Shown: positions 1 to 23,900 of the stretch, piece by piece | How positions within the stretch are numbered: the first letter of the stretch is position 1 | How the letters are laid out: every line of letters begins with the position of its first letter | Source: Intoshia linei | Lineage: Eukaryota > Animalia > Orthonectida | Length of the DNA stretch: 59,927 nucleotides | Direction of reading: 5' to 3' | Assembly (NCBI GenBank): GCA_001642005.1 | Contig: LWCA01000075.1 | Span: forward strand, 1-59,927 | The notes under the pieces: model-generated | The model's database searches: none | What the model saw: only the letters and a program-made list of their open reading frames with translations | Told to the model about the DNA's origin: nothing | Position numbers and translations under genes: made by a program

Positions 1-1203
1 GAATGGTAACCAAAGATCGACCATTTTCTGAAAAAAATATTGAAAAATATTTTAATGACTATTTCATTTTTAATTTAAATAAATTTAATGAGCTTTGCAT
101 CAATTGTTGTCTTGTTGTTTAGTAACTTTAGTGCTAGAAATTATTTAGTGCCATAAAAAATTGCATTTGTCGACTCTATTCATAATGATTCATCCAGAAA
201 AAAAGATTAAATTTAAAAAATCACTATTTATATCAAAAAAAACATATTTCTCTAATTGAGTCAATATTCGGAATGGCAGTCACTTGAAACAGTTTGTAGA
301 TTATATATAATGATAAGAAAATGCGATTATCTGTAAAATGGAAATGTATAATCGATAAATTTAATTTTAGAGTAGTTTATCTCGAAAAAAGGCTGGATGA
401 ATTAATACTAAATCCAAAAACTTTCAATTTGTAATTTTTAGTACCATATACTTTTTTAAATAAAGACTCATAATTTTTCTAGTTGTTAGAAATCGTTTTG
501 TTTAGGCAAAGCTTTTTATTATTTTATAAAAAGAAAACAAAAATTTTTGATACCCTGACTAGGTAATAGGATTAATTATCCCAAATTTTGAATGGTTTCA
601 ATCTTGTTGTTATAAGAATGCGTAGTAACATTAATAATGACTTTTACGCGTAATTTATTAATGTAAAATGCATTTTATTTACATATATTTATGTAAAGTA
701 CAAAAATAAATCGGTTTAGTTTACATTCACTAAATAAAAATTGATTTAAATTCAAAATTTTTACAATGTACTATATAACATTCCTATGTTATATATTGAA
801 ATATGAAACAGTAAAAGTTGTCATACCACTAATAAAAGCAAATTGGAACATTACTGATCATGTTACACAATTTATTATGAAAAAATTTGTATAATCATGC
901 TTTAATGTGTAAATTTTAACGAGTAAACAGTTGAAGATTACCTTTAAGAATCGACATTGTAAATAGTAAGCTTTTATTTATTTAACTTTTAAAAAGTATT
1001 GGAAATTTTATTTTTTATAAACATTTATGCTACAACTTTTTTTATTTCTTTATGCAGAATCAAAAATTCAGGTAAACTAAATAATGATGTAGTAAATTAT
1101 TCCAAATTTAAAATTATCCGGTAAATATTTTATTATATTTTATGATAGGATCTCAAATATACCCAAACCAATAAGTAATTATCGGAAATTTTTCAAAAAT
1201 CAT

Positions 1204-4200
1204 ATGAGTTTTCAATTCAAGGAGAGTAAAATAAAACCATTAACCAATACTCGAAGGTCTGTTTCAGTTGCTTCTCAACCACGAAAAGGTAACAGATTAA
1301 AGGTTTAAAATTTTATATTCAAATTTTTTAGGTAACAACGCAATAAAACCATACAACTCTTTACTCGGAAATTCGAAAAGTCAAATTCCTATCCACATTT
1401 TTAATTCACCTAAAACTGAAAATGAACCAAAAAATGTTAAAATTTTAAGAAAGAATGTACCAGAAATTTTACCATCTAGTTTAAATTTAAAACTTGAAAA
1501 AAACGAAAACGAAATTGTTGTAGGAGATTACGTAAACGTCAATGAACGAGGAAAAGGGCTGGTGCGCTATATTGGAGAAACCAATTTTCGAGATGGCGTT
1601 TGGTTTGGAATTGAATTGGATGAACCTAAAGGTAAAAACAATGGTTCCGTTTTGGATCGTACATACTTTGTTTGCAATGATAATCACGGTTTATTTACAT
1701 CATTGTCAAATTTGAAAAAAGTTAATTATATTCCTCTTAATAATGTCAACAATAATATTTTTCAAAACACCAATCAAAATGAATTATCCGATTCTCCTCA
1801 TTGTTCTTCTGATTTCAAAAATTCCGATGAAATTGTACTCAATTGTGATTATTCAAAATTAAATATTCCTAAATGCAGAGATTCTCTCATTTCGTATTCG
1901 TCCACGTTGGATCGTAATAAACAACCCATTTTCCCTCTTAGTCATTTGGTAGGTTTATAGAATTTTCCTTTTTAATGTATTCTTTTTCATTTATTTATAG
2001 AATTTTTCAATATTTATAGAATAGTTTTTCATGTTTTTAATTTATCAATTTTGCGACTTTATTGCATCTTAATTCATTTTTTATTTAGAAAATAAACAAA
2101 ACCAAACCTCAGGATGATTTATTAGCCAAAATAAACCAAATGACTGTAATTATACATTTTATTGAATGAGATTCAATTCAATTGATGAATTTAAGAATTA
2201 AATTTAACATACACATTGACATTGTGAGTTGGAGTGAAATTTAGAGATTATTTTAGATTTTTATGAAAAAATGGAAAGAAAATATAATTTACCGGAAAAA
2301 ATAATTTTTAAGAAAATTTATAATCCTTATTATATAAAGTAAAATACCTAAAAATGTCTACCTGTAGCCATTTGTTTAAGGACGTTAGAGGCGTGTAATT
2401 TTTTTAAAAAAAAAAATTATGGGATAATTTTTGAAAGCATTGACATTATCGTAAATTTCAATCTCAGAAACTTCTTATTTAATCTTCAGGTATCTGCACC
2501 ATGTACCAATTTTTTCAAAATTTAAACATTTTCTGTATTTAGAATTTTTCCATATACATTTTATGAGTTTTATATAGGCAAAAAGTAAACTTTCTACCAA
2601 AAAAAACGCGGACCGTGTGATCTGAAAAATCTGAATAAAAAAAAAAAAAAAAATAGGTGAATTTGGAGTGTCTATGTAATGTAGTTAAGCTTTAATCTGT
2701 CCATACTATAGTCCAAAATTTTAAAAAAACACAAATTCTGATGCAGTTTTTAAAATCATGAGTATTTTCATAAATTGCCAATTTTTAAAACCTGCATCGT
2801 CAAGGTCAAAACTAACAATTATCCATTATTTTTAAAAACGAAAAAAAATAATAGCCTTATAATTTTTGAAAAAATCACAATTAATATTATTAACTATAAA
2901 CTGTTAAGTTACAAACAAAAAATCATGTAGTATTCATTTTTTTTCTATTTGGTAAATATTTTAATAACAAAAAATATTTAAAAACGCATTCTTTTAATTT
3001 AAAAAGTTTATTATCATATAGGACATTCCAGTTGATTCAGAGAAAAATTCTTAACCTCAGAAGTTTACGTATTCCTGGTTAAAAATTACTTTTAATACAT
3101 TATCAACCAACATTTTTCAAATTTTTTTGATTAACAAAATGTGTAAATATTCATACTAGATTTTCAAAAAAATGGTAATTGAATGTATATAATACATCTT
3201 TGACATACAGAAATATAGGTTTCATTTTGATAAATTGAGTTCTTCGAGTTTTTTTATGATGGCTACGCAATTTCACATTTTTAAAAACTAAAAGTTTAGA
3301 ATTAAATGAAGTGTCATTTACAGAGTTATTTCAATGTTGGTAACATTCACTAGAAAAATGTGATTAAATTGCTAAATCAGTGATTCCTAACCTTTTTCAT
3401 CATAGTGTCATAAAAGTATTCCCTTTAATTTTTTTAGATGTAGAATACGAGAAAATGCGTTTTAAACACATTGTTACAGTTACATTTTTTTAAATGTCAA
3501 TATTAGTAAATAATTTAGTTTTTATGAAAAGTCGCGTTATTTTTGAAACACGAATATTGTTGTCGAAAATATTAAATTTTGACAAATCTTCTGTGTAATT
3601 ACATTTTTAATTAAGATTATGGGTTTAAAGAAATTTATATTTTTAATTTGAAATTTAGTAACATTATTTGTAAATCTTTTGAGAACCCTTAAAAAATTGA
3701 AATATCGAGTCGCGTTATTTTTGAAATGGAGTGTAAGTCAATAAAAAATATTAATTATGTAATAAAATACCAAATTTAGTCCAGCGCCCCAAAAGTTAAA
3801 AATTGTTCTACCGCCATGATAGCTCCAGCGCCCCTAATTGGGCGTTACCGCCGACGTTAGGAATCACTGGGCTAAATGTATTAATTATTGATATTATGCT
3901 ATGATTTATTTTTTTGTCAATCTGTTAAAAATTAGAAAATTCGGCTCTCGGCACAGATGCATACTGTTTGTACAAAGTACAAAACAGTCAAGCTAATTTT
4001 ATATAAATAAGAGTACAGTATTATACGTAATATATAGATTTAATAGGATCGATGTAATGTACATGTAGTATTTAGTTAATGCTAAAGGAAAAGGATAGCA
4101 TGGTTGAATATTTAAATGCCAAAATTGAAGTCGATAAATGTACTATATCTAATATGACCAAAGATACTAATTCTGTAATTTCTTGTAAATCATTCATTAG

Positions 4201-5904
4201 TTATTTAGCTGCTGAATATTTAAAACCTTTTTTGGGATCACATGAAAATAATCGCCCCAATCAATTTTTTACTTAAGTGGTGCGAACTGTAATATTACAG
4301 ATGTTTATCATTTTCATATTTTATAAGTTGCAATTATAAATATACTAGCTTGACTGTTATGTACTTCGTACAAACAGGATCCTAGCTCTGCCGAAGGCGG
4401 ACATTTTTATTCTACCAAAAAAATAAATTAATTAAGAAAATTTAATCTAAAAATGCTACTATTCACTATTATCAATCATTTAAAGGGTGACTCCAAACTT
4501 TTTACACGTGGACCCGTCATATCACATTACCTTTTTATTTAAAGTGAATTATTCCACGTTAAATTTATTTTGTTAACATTTGTGTAAAGAATTTTTAAAG
4601 AAAGAAAGTAAAAACAGTCCAATCCTAAAAATTGACATAAATAGCATAAATTCCAGAAAAAATAAAATTGTAAAAACTTTTTATGGGATGATTTTTTTTA
4701 AGCAAAAAGGGAAATTGGGTTTTTGACTCTGAAGGACTCAAATTTTGAAACTGAAAAATGGATAAAAACACGTCCTGGGAAAAACGATCTTTGAAATTCT
4801 GCGACTGTCAATTTTTTCAATAAATGGTTACGCACACAAATACATACATTCATTTTTATAAAGTATAATTGTATTATTGTAAATAACTAATTTAGCTAAA
4901 ATCTGAATTGGACATTTTTAAAAAGAATTTTGAGGTAATATCGTTTCAATTTGAAGAACAACAAGTTCAATTTACATCCCAATTGGATAGAACTAATACC
5001 AAATCCAACGAATTGCAATCACAATTAGATGAAGCTAGAAAACGGGCTATGTATTTAGAACATGTTATTGAAGAGCAAAGATTTCGTATTGATGAATTAA
5101 ATGTATAGTTTTACCTTATAAATTAAAATTGAGTTTTAATTCAACAGAATTTTTTTAAATTGGAAAAATGGGCTCATAAAAATAATATAAAATAAAATAC
5201 CACCATTTCCCTGAGCACTGACAAAAATTAAATTTTTAACAGAAACTATAATTCAAATTCTAATAAATCATCTAGATTTCAACAAATCCTATAACTAACG
5301 AAGACCCAAATTATGTGTACGATGAGACAATAGAAAATCAACAAGTATTCATGACATCAGTTTCATACAAACCAAACTATAAAAAAACGAGCGAAGGAAA
5401 CAACAATTCAATACTCAATTTTTACACGAACGAATCCTTACAAAAAGAAACTGAACAAAAATCGTGCTGTATGAATAAATTTGTCGATAAAGAATCAAAT
5501 ACTCAAGATGATGATATTTTCAAGGAAAATTTTCCATCCATAGAAGAATGTGAAAACGTTGAAGATAGTCTCAATAAACACCATTCACCGAACACTTCAC
5601 ATTCCAAAATAATAGGTACAATAAATGTATATTGTTTTGCTTGCTCTCAACTTTTTTATAAGATGATGAATTTTTTGATTAACATTTAGATAAAAAGATT
5701 TCGGAAAAGCTAGAAAATGTAATAGAAACGTTGCAAAACCTAAATAGTGTATGTACCAAAGAAAAACACAACAAAACTATATATTGTGATATTTGTGAAG
5801 GTAATTGAAATTAATACAATAAATGAAAGATTACATTTAATAATAATGTATTAGTTTACGGACTGCACACAACCCAAGATTGTTGCGATACAACTACATT
5901 TTAG
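1204..5904 (+). CDS. CLIP1: Miniature CLIP-170/restin-like microtubule plus-end tracking protein (one CAP-Gly, short coiled coil, one C-terminal zinc knuckle), about 521 aa, 8 exons
   Basis: Frame-consistent GT-AG exons 1204-1288, 1332-1948, 2089-2145, 4076-4174, 4896-5102, 5276-5615, 5690-5800, 5855-5904. CAP-Gly GLVRYIGETNFRDGVWFGIELDEPKGKNNGSV; coil LKEKDSMVEYL and LEHVIEEQRF; tail YCDICEVYGLHTTQDCCDTTTF* resembles the CLIP-170 CCHC knuckle and ETF end. Confidence 0.8.
2324..3996 (+). mobile_element. Non-autonomous Helitron-like element, possibly composite, in a CLIP intron
   Basis: A|TCCTTATTATATAAAG 5' end and a hairpin CTGTTTGTAC..GTACAAAACAG followed by CTAA|T. That both ends belong to one insertion is inferred. 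Confidence 0.6.
3378..3869. mobile_element. hAT (Charlie/Buster-type) MITE
   Basis: Perfect 14-bp TIR CAGTGATTCCTAAC...GTTAGGAATCACTG; 8-bp TSD tgctaaat/ggctaaat (7 of 8 match). Confidence 0.85.
4345..4870 (-). mobile_element. Non-autonomous Helitron copy
   Basis: Family 3' end (CTAG plus hairpin) at 4345-4420 and internal segments shared with other copies; 5' end decayed. Confidence 0.75.
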
Positions 5905-5940
5905 CAAAGTTGGCATTTAATAAATTTTACTTATAAATAT

Positions 5941-6497
5941 TCATGTAAAATCTTCATGTCGGTCTTGAATTGCTTCCTAGATTCAAAATAAAATTTCAAA
6001 TTTTGAAAAATTAAAAAAATATAAAATTATATACCGTAAATCGCTCTTTAAGTAAAGACAATTCACTAATAATGTCGGTAATAGCACTTTTAAAGCAATC
6101 GTGAGGTGTCGCTCTCCCTGTTGTTTGAACCCGTACAATAACTTTGTGATCCAAAGGATGCGGTACCTTGTATCCAGCAAAGACTACGTTTGGATCTTTA
6201 ATTAATTGTCTATATTTTAGTCAATATATTCATTCAAATAAAATGTCTCACACTTTAATTAAATTTCCAATTGTATGATCTTCTTTGTTTATGGTAAAAA
6301 TTGCTGAATTTGGAACTTTTGTATCTTTTTCAAATATTATTCTAAATGAAAATAAAAAAATTTAAAAAATAAAAGAATTTTGAAAATACAAATCCAAAAA
6401 TGTAAATACAAGTGTAAATAAAAGTGATTAGGTTAAAGAAAATTTACTTTTTTTCATCACCCAAAATAAAGGAAGAAAACGTTGGAGGAATATTCAT
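5941..6497 (-). CDS. POLR2J: RNA polymerase II subunit RPB11, 116 aa, 4 exons
   Basis: Exons 6497-6448, 6341-6252, 6209-6035, 5976-5941 splice to [69 protein letters not shown]..., with the RPB11 signatures EDHT.GN and [10 protein letters not shown]. Not shown in frame in the ORF track. Confidence 0.96.
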
Positions 6498-6655
6498 TTT
6501 ATTTATTAATTTTTTCGAAATTTAATTTAAACTCAACTTTTGTTTATAATTTGTTTTTAGTGTTATATGACAACATTTTAATGAAATGTTTTTAGTGTCA
6601 ATTTCAATTTTTATTTATTGAATTATTACATTTATTTTAATTTTTAATGAAATAA
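6498..6655. promoter_or_regulatory. Putative bidirectional promoter of RPB11 and PHF5A
   Basis: 158 bp between divergent ATGs; exact 12-bp direct repeat TGTTTTTAGTGT at 6552 and 6587. Confidence 0.6.
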
Positions 6656-7399
6656 ATGGCTAAACACCATCCAGATTTAATATTTTGCAGGAAACAACCA
6701 GGAGTCGGTAAATTTATTCTTATTTATTACATTTAAAATTGTTTTGAATTCCCTTTTGATAATTTAATATATAAATTGAGATATGATGAACGTATCTGTG
6801 TTGTAACGGGTCTGACTTCAGTGTTACAGTGTGACTATTGTTACAATTTGTATCAATTAATTTAACTTATCGATTTTAATTTTAAAATCTATTTAGCCAT
6901 TGGACGACTCTGTGAAAAATGTAAAGTAAAATGTATAATTATATTTTATTAATTTCAGGTGATGGAAAATGTGTAATTTGCGATTCGTATGTGCGTCCGT
7001 CAACACTGGTTCGTATATGTGACGAGTGCAATTATGGTTCATATCAAGGAAAATGTGTTATTTGCGGTGGAAGTGGTATTTCTGATGCATATTACTGTCA
7101 CGAGTGCACTGTTACCGAAAAAGATGTAATTATGATTTTTAAGAGTATATTGATATAATTCCATTTTTAATTTAATCCCAATACAGCTCTAATCATATTG
7201 AGCCAATTTTAAAAAAAATTTCTGCTCACCTCAGGACAACATTGTCTTTATTTAAAGACTTGTATATGATACATAGGTGCCATAAACATTTTCAATATAA
7301 TAAATTTAGCGAGACGGATGCCCCAAAATTGTTAATGTCGGCTCGGCTAAAACAGATTTATTCTACGAACGAAAAAAGTATGGATTCAAACGTAGATAA
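6656..7399 (+). CDS. PHF5A: PHD finger-like SF3b subunit PHF5A (Rds3), 110 aa, 4 exons
   Basis: Exons 6656-6707, 6897-6920, 6959-7125, 7310-7399 total 333 nt: [56 protein letters not shown]...[29 protein letters not shown]. Confidence 0.98.
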
Positions 7400-7550
7400 A
7401 TGTAATACCTCTAATTGTTCAAAAATAAAATTATTTTTTTTATCATCAAACAAATTTCCTTAGGACATTGAAAATTACCTTTCAAATTTTTTTAATTAAA
7501 AATTGATTAGTTTTTATGTACTGCAGTAAAATTTTAAACAGTTTATTCAA

Positions 7551-18290
<10,740 letters not shown>

Positions 18291-19244
18291 GGAATGATGT
18301 AGTTAAATTCTAAAATATATTAAAAATTTCAATATAAAAAATGATGACATCCATATAAATTATTATATATAAACAAATATTTACAATAAAAATTTATACA
18401 TGATCAGAATTATAATAAAAATGGTAAAATATTATAATTATTTCCTTTAAGTGACTCAATTAATCAAATTGAAATGTAAATACATCTCCATATTCAACAT
18501 ACCAATATCTATAAATGTCAATTTTAACTATACATCATGAAAATGGGTTAACTATTTTATAATAATTGGATACTTGTTTACTATGCACACAAAATTATAC
18601 TGGTATTGTAGTAATCGCCAAAATAAGTCTTTATCGATTTTTTTGAATTTTACAATTTATATATAATTATATAGATTAATTTGTTTCATTTTTTTGCAAA
18701 TTTAACACAATTAGATTTATTAAACTTTATTCCTTATTATTTTAGATACCTAGGATTTTATCATTTACGTAATATTTTGTACTACTTTTTGTTTATTTTA
18801 CCAAATAATACTGTAGTTACATGATATTTTTCATATTTAGTTTAATTTAATGTATCTTTTTAGTTTTGTCTGTTTTGTACTGCGTACAAACAGTTGCTAG
18901 ATTTGAAGAGGATGGACGTTTTCATGTATATTTTTAAAATTATCGTCAAAAACCAAATTTAAAATTTATATTCAAAATAAAAATAAATTTAAACTAAATT
19001 TGAAAATCAGTAGTGACGAAAATTTTTTATTAAAGTTTTTAAATTTTAGTTTACAATTAACAATACCATTCTAGTTTGCTTTGATAATACTGTGTATTAG
19101 AGTTCTGCAACACGAACTAGCATATGAGTGCGATGCAAGCTTAGCATATTATCTTATTAAGCTCTTTATAACACATCGTTCTTTAAGTGATATAATATTA
19201 TTATGTACCACATCTATAATATATATATCCACGTAATATACCTA

Positions 19245-20480
19245 CAGTGATCAACATAAGTCTTAGACACCCAAATTATAATTAATCTAAACACTCTTGG
19301 TTCATCAGTTTAGACATTTTCTTGTATCATATCTAATGTATAATTAAGAACAAAAATTTAACAACCCTAAAAAAGTAAGAACTAGAAAATTTTTCTAAAA
19401 ATTAATGAAATATAGGAATAATAAAAATTTTAATCAAAATGCAAAATTCAAAGCGACGGGTCTTAGGTACCTATAAAATAATACTATTAGTTATGCTAAT
19501 TAAATGAAAACATTGAAATATATATAAAATTACTAATATTTAGTATTCCATCATTTATTTTTAATAACTGATGTAATTCTTCTGGGCAATGAGGCATACA
19601 ACCCTTGGATAGTTTCTAGAAGTACACAGTTCCATTCATTCTGTATATATCTATAGTTTTTCTAAATTGACTGGATGTAGCTTATAAACCTTATATTTCA
19701 AAATTTTCCAGATATGTTTATATGTATATATTAATTATGTTTAAATCTGGACTTTGCGCCGGTCAATCTTTTAATTTTTTCATACGATTACCCCTTATAA
19801 ATCGACGGATTGTCTTTTCTGTGTGACACGATGCTCCATATTGCTCCTTCTTCAATCAATCAAAGAATGTTATTCACTTGCTTTTCTAAGGATTATTTGG
19901 TATTATTGAGCGTTTATTCCTCCTTCACACTTTATTAATACTATTTATCCATCTGCCCTAATACCACCCAAATCATATTTGACTGGCTATGTTTAATATT
20001 TCTACTTGTGTACGTTTATAAGAATTTTGTTTTTTAGGTCTTCGTACGTATACTCTTCGTTTTGTAAATAATTCAAAACGACTTTTATCAGTGAAGCTTA
20101 TATTTTTCCATTGATTCGTCCATTCCACTTTTGACTTAAAACATTTAAAACGGTTTATGTGAAATTTTTCCATATAATCTAAACCTATATAACATACGTT
20201 ACACCGTCTTCAAACTAGGCTTTTGGAAATACTGAAGTATTGGTTGGCCTATCATGCTATCAAGACAGGGTTTTATTTGATTCCCACATTATAGTAGTCT
20301 CTCTCTCGGTGTTAGAATGCGTTTTCGACCTGATCTTGACAAGTCAGCTGTACAAAAAGCTTTTTGTAATTTTAATAATATTTTGAACCGCATATCGGGA
20401 AATACTGAATGTTTTACTTCTAAAACCCTAATTTTTTTCTTCCCTGAATTTAAACACATTGTATTTTTTTCGTCATTAAT
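19245..20480 (-). mobile_element. Decayed Tc1-family transposon
   Basis: TA|CAGTGATCAACATAAG end at 19245; minus-strand remnants WKNISFTDKSRFELF...YVRR, GASCH, *PAQSPDLN, NTKY*. Second TIR not found. Confidence 0.8.
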
Positions 20481-20973
20481 TAAACGAAATTATATTTAAT
20501 TTATAAATAATTAATAATTAATTATTTTTTATCGATATTTAATTATTATTAAATTTAATTAAAATATTTTATTTCATAAAAAGTAATAATACGATTTACC
20601 ATTAATTTTTACATATGATATAAAAATTCTAACTAATTTTAAAGTTAAGAAAGTCTTCAAAATAGATATTTAATAAATAATAATAAGACATTTCCAACAA
20701 ATAGATATGGGTAAAAATTTCACAAATTGATTTCTTCGGTTTTTTTCATTTCTAAGCAATTTTTCATTTTCAAAAAGTTTAAAATCACTTGAAGGTTTTA
20801 AATTTAAGTTGAACCAAGTAAAAAATCAATATAACTGCCAATTTATTTAAACTAAATAAAATTACATTTTTCAAGTTAAATTAAGTTTAAGCACCACATT
20901 ATTGACAATGTTGTGGTTAAAATTTAAACAACCACTGTGATTATACAAGATGATTATCAAGATACATGTATTA

Positions 20974-23900
20974 TCAAATGAGTAATTTTATTATCACAGG
21001 GTATTTTAAAGGGTTGGATCAAATTCTGTATCAAAATCAATTCCATTGTCCTCCATGTTTGTTGGAGATGGATACGTTACGACTTGATTACACCAATTAT
21101 TTGTCCATCGAACCATTTCATCTCTACTTTGTGAAATTTCCTAAATTAAAAAAATGTATACATAACAACTTGTTAACAAAAAGTCAAGATAGAATACAAA
21201 TAAGTAATAGTCAATGGAAAATAATTTTATGTTTTTAAACTTTACTATAAGTTAAGTAATTTTACTAAATACTAACAGTGGGTATTAAATTTTTAATGTG
21301 TCGCGTTGTCAAATAATCAGAATCTACCATCCGGTTCGTTACTATCATAAGGTTGCCAACCCTGATATATAGTAACCAATAACAATACGCACAATATGAT
21401 AATTAATGGCATAATGATAAGATTAAATTTTGATGAAATTGAAAAATAAAATACTGAATTTTTAAAAATAATGCAGAGAATATTATATTAATCATTTTTC
21501 CAAAATAAATATAAAATTTACTTGTATAGTAAATTCTCTAAGAAAAAACGGTCGAAAATATTTAACATCATAGTAAGTAAAACCATGAATATATTTTGAC
21601 AAAAATTTAAGAAATTTGGAACGTGTATCCGTATCGTTGATATCTTCTTGTGGAATTTGAGGATTGTTGGCAGCACTTCCCTAAAATTTAAAATAAGATA
21701 AGTATATAAAATATTTTATTTTTAAAAGCAATATTTTTTAAATGATGAAGATGGTAGACAAGCTACACCGAAAAATGGAGGAAATTTGTAAAGAAAATCT
21801 TACGGCATCTACATTATGGTTGGATAGTTTTAAAAATATACATTATAAAATACTAATCACTAAAAGGTGATGCAAATTTTATTTATACTAATTTGCTTGA
21901 CAAGTTTAGAAAAAATATGTAGAAATTGTAAGTTATAATTTGCAACAAGAAAAATATTTTTAATTGCGATAAAACATGTCTTAATTTTAAACAAACCATA
22001 AACCAAAATCTTAACTTTAAATGATGTAAAACAAATAAATCGTCTAAAAAATTTAAGAAATAGTCAAAATACTATTTTGTTGCTCATACTTATGAAAAAA
22101 TTTGCACCTTTGGTCAGATATTAATCAAAAACCTCATTGTTTTAAAAACAATAAACACATATAATAAAAAATCTTAACATGTAACTATACTTAACAAAAT
22201 TTGTTCATTTCTTCTATATTGAATATTTTTTTTAATTTGATATTTTGATGTTCATCTTTGGAGAATTTACTGTACAAACATTCCAACATGTCAACTGAAC
22301 AAATAAAATGAAATGTTTCAATTGTAATATAAAGTTTAGCCACTACCACTACTACCTTAAAGTATATGCATTACCATAATTTCAGTTTTGGACATTGTCA
22401 CAACACTATTCGAAGAAATATACCTTGAAGAATATTTTTTGATAAACTAAAAAATACGTAGACAATATAAAAGTCACTATAATTACGTGTAAAAGAGGAA
22501 TAGTTCCACCTCCAAGAAAAATAATTGTTAAAAGAACAATAATCAAAGTAGTAGAAACCAAAATATTGCGTTTATCCTCTGCAACGTCCAAATACATACT
22601 AAGTGCAAACGAAACTGCTCCACGTAATCCTATAAATAAATAAAATCAAAGGTTTTATAATGTACATGTCACCAAATTGAAACGCTCGCCCTTGGCAGAC
22701 CTAACAAATAAAATTACCAGAGAACCACAAAATGAGTTGATTTCGACGTGTAATTTTGTGCACTCGATATTTATTAACTAGATGAGATAAAGGAAATATA
22801 TTTACAGCACGGCCCAAAAATATCGCAACCTAGTTGATATTATAACATAATATTAAAGTTTAAATAAATTACCAGTCCCCAACATATCAGTGAAGCTTTA
22901 ACATGATGTTTATAGCTAAAAATTGACAATCCCAAATATGCAAAGACACAAGTTTCTACAATTTTTGCATTAAGAATGTAAATTTATATAACGGACATTA
23001 CACGTCTAATGCTATAAAACTATGAAATAACCCTTGACAAACATTATTATTGAACATTTTTCATGGATTTAACGTATAATGGTCAACTGTTATATAGTAT
23101 ATAAAATATTTATAATAAAAATAAAAAGAAACCTGCCAAAAAAGAAATTACTCTAAAAGTTTGCAAAACTACAACTTGAGATACAGCAGATAAATTGTAA
23201 TGAGTATAATGTGACATGACAATTCCACACATTAAAATTGCCATTATTCCTATAAACAGTATGAATAATATGAAATTTAAAGTATAAAAACTGACAATAC
23301 AAAATATTAATAAAATTACCAGACAAATTAATAGAATCACAGAGAGCATATGGAACATAGGACAGAATTAGCATCATGGCAATTTCTAGAGACGGAGTAT
23401 TTTTAAGACAAATGTGTTTTAATAACTAAAGAGTAATTATTTTCAAAGATATTAAACTTACAAGAGACGAACATAAACCCACAATTATGCCAATGAGAGC
23501 AGACCCAAAGAATACTAAAAGAAATTGACCAATGGCTTTGATAATTATCACAGAGACATTAATATCTTCAATGTATTTAATGTTTAGTATTGTTCTAAAT
23601 AAATTCAAAATTAGTTAAATTCAATTTTTGGAATATACGTGGTAAGTACAATAGCTACTGCATCATTCATAACACTTTCCCCGAAAACCAACATGTATAG
23701 CATGGGGTCTACATCAGTAGCTTTAAAGATTGCCAACGTTGCAACAGGGTCAACTGCAGATATTAATGCACCAAAAGCAAAAGCTTCTCGAGCAGACAAG
23801 TGTTCAAAATAAGGTGACTAAAATAAATTACTTACCATAAATTAAAAAAAACCAATCCAATAAGGTACATGACAACACCAATAACAATTGAAGAAAACAC

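Noticed and set aside
5983-6180. ORF MLDTRY...
   Set aside because: Wrong frame of RPB11 exon 3.
19741-19770. TGA at the Trp of Tc1 WPAQSPDLN, suggesting UGA=Trp recoding
   Set aside because: It lies in a decayed transposon. Host genes use TGG for Trp, and RPB11 and RRP8 end in TGA at the expected positions.
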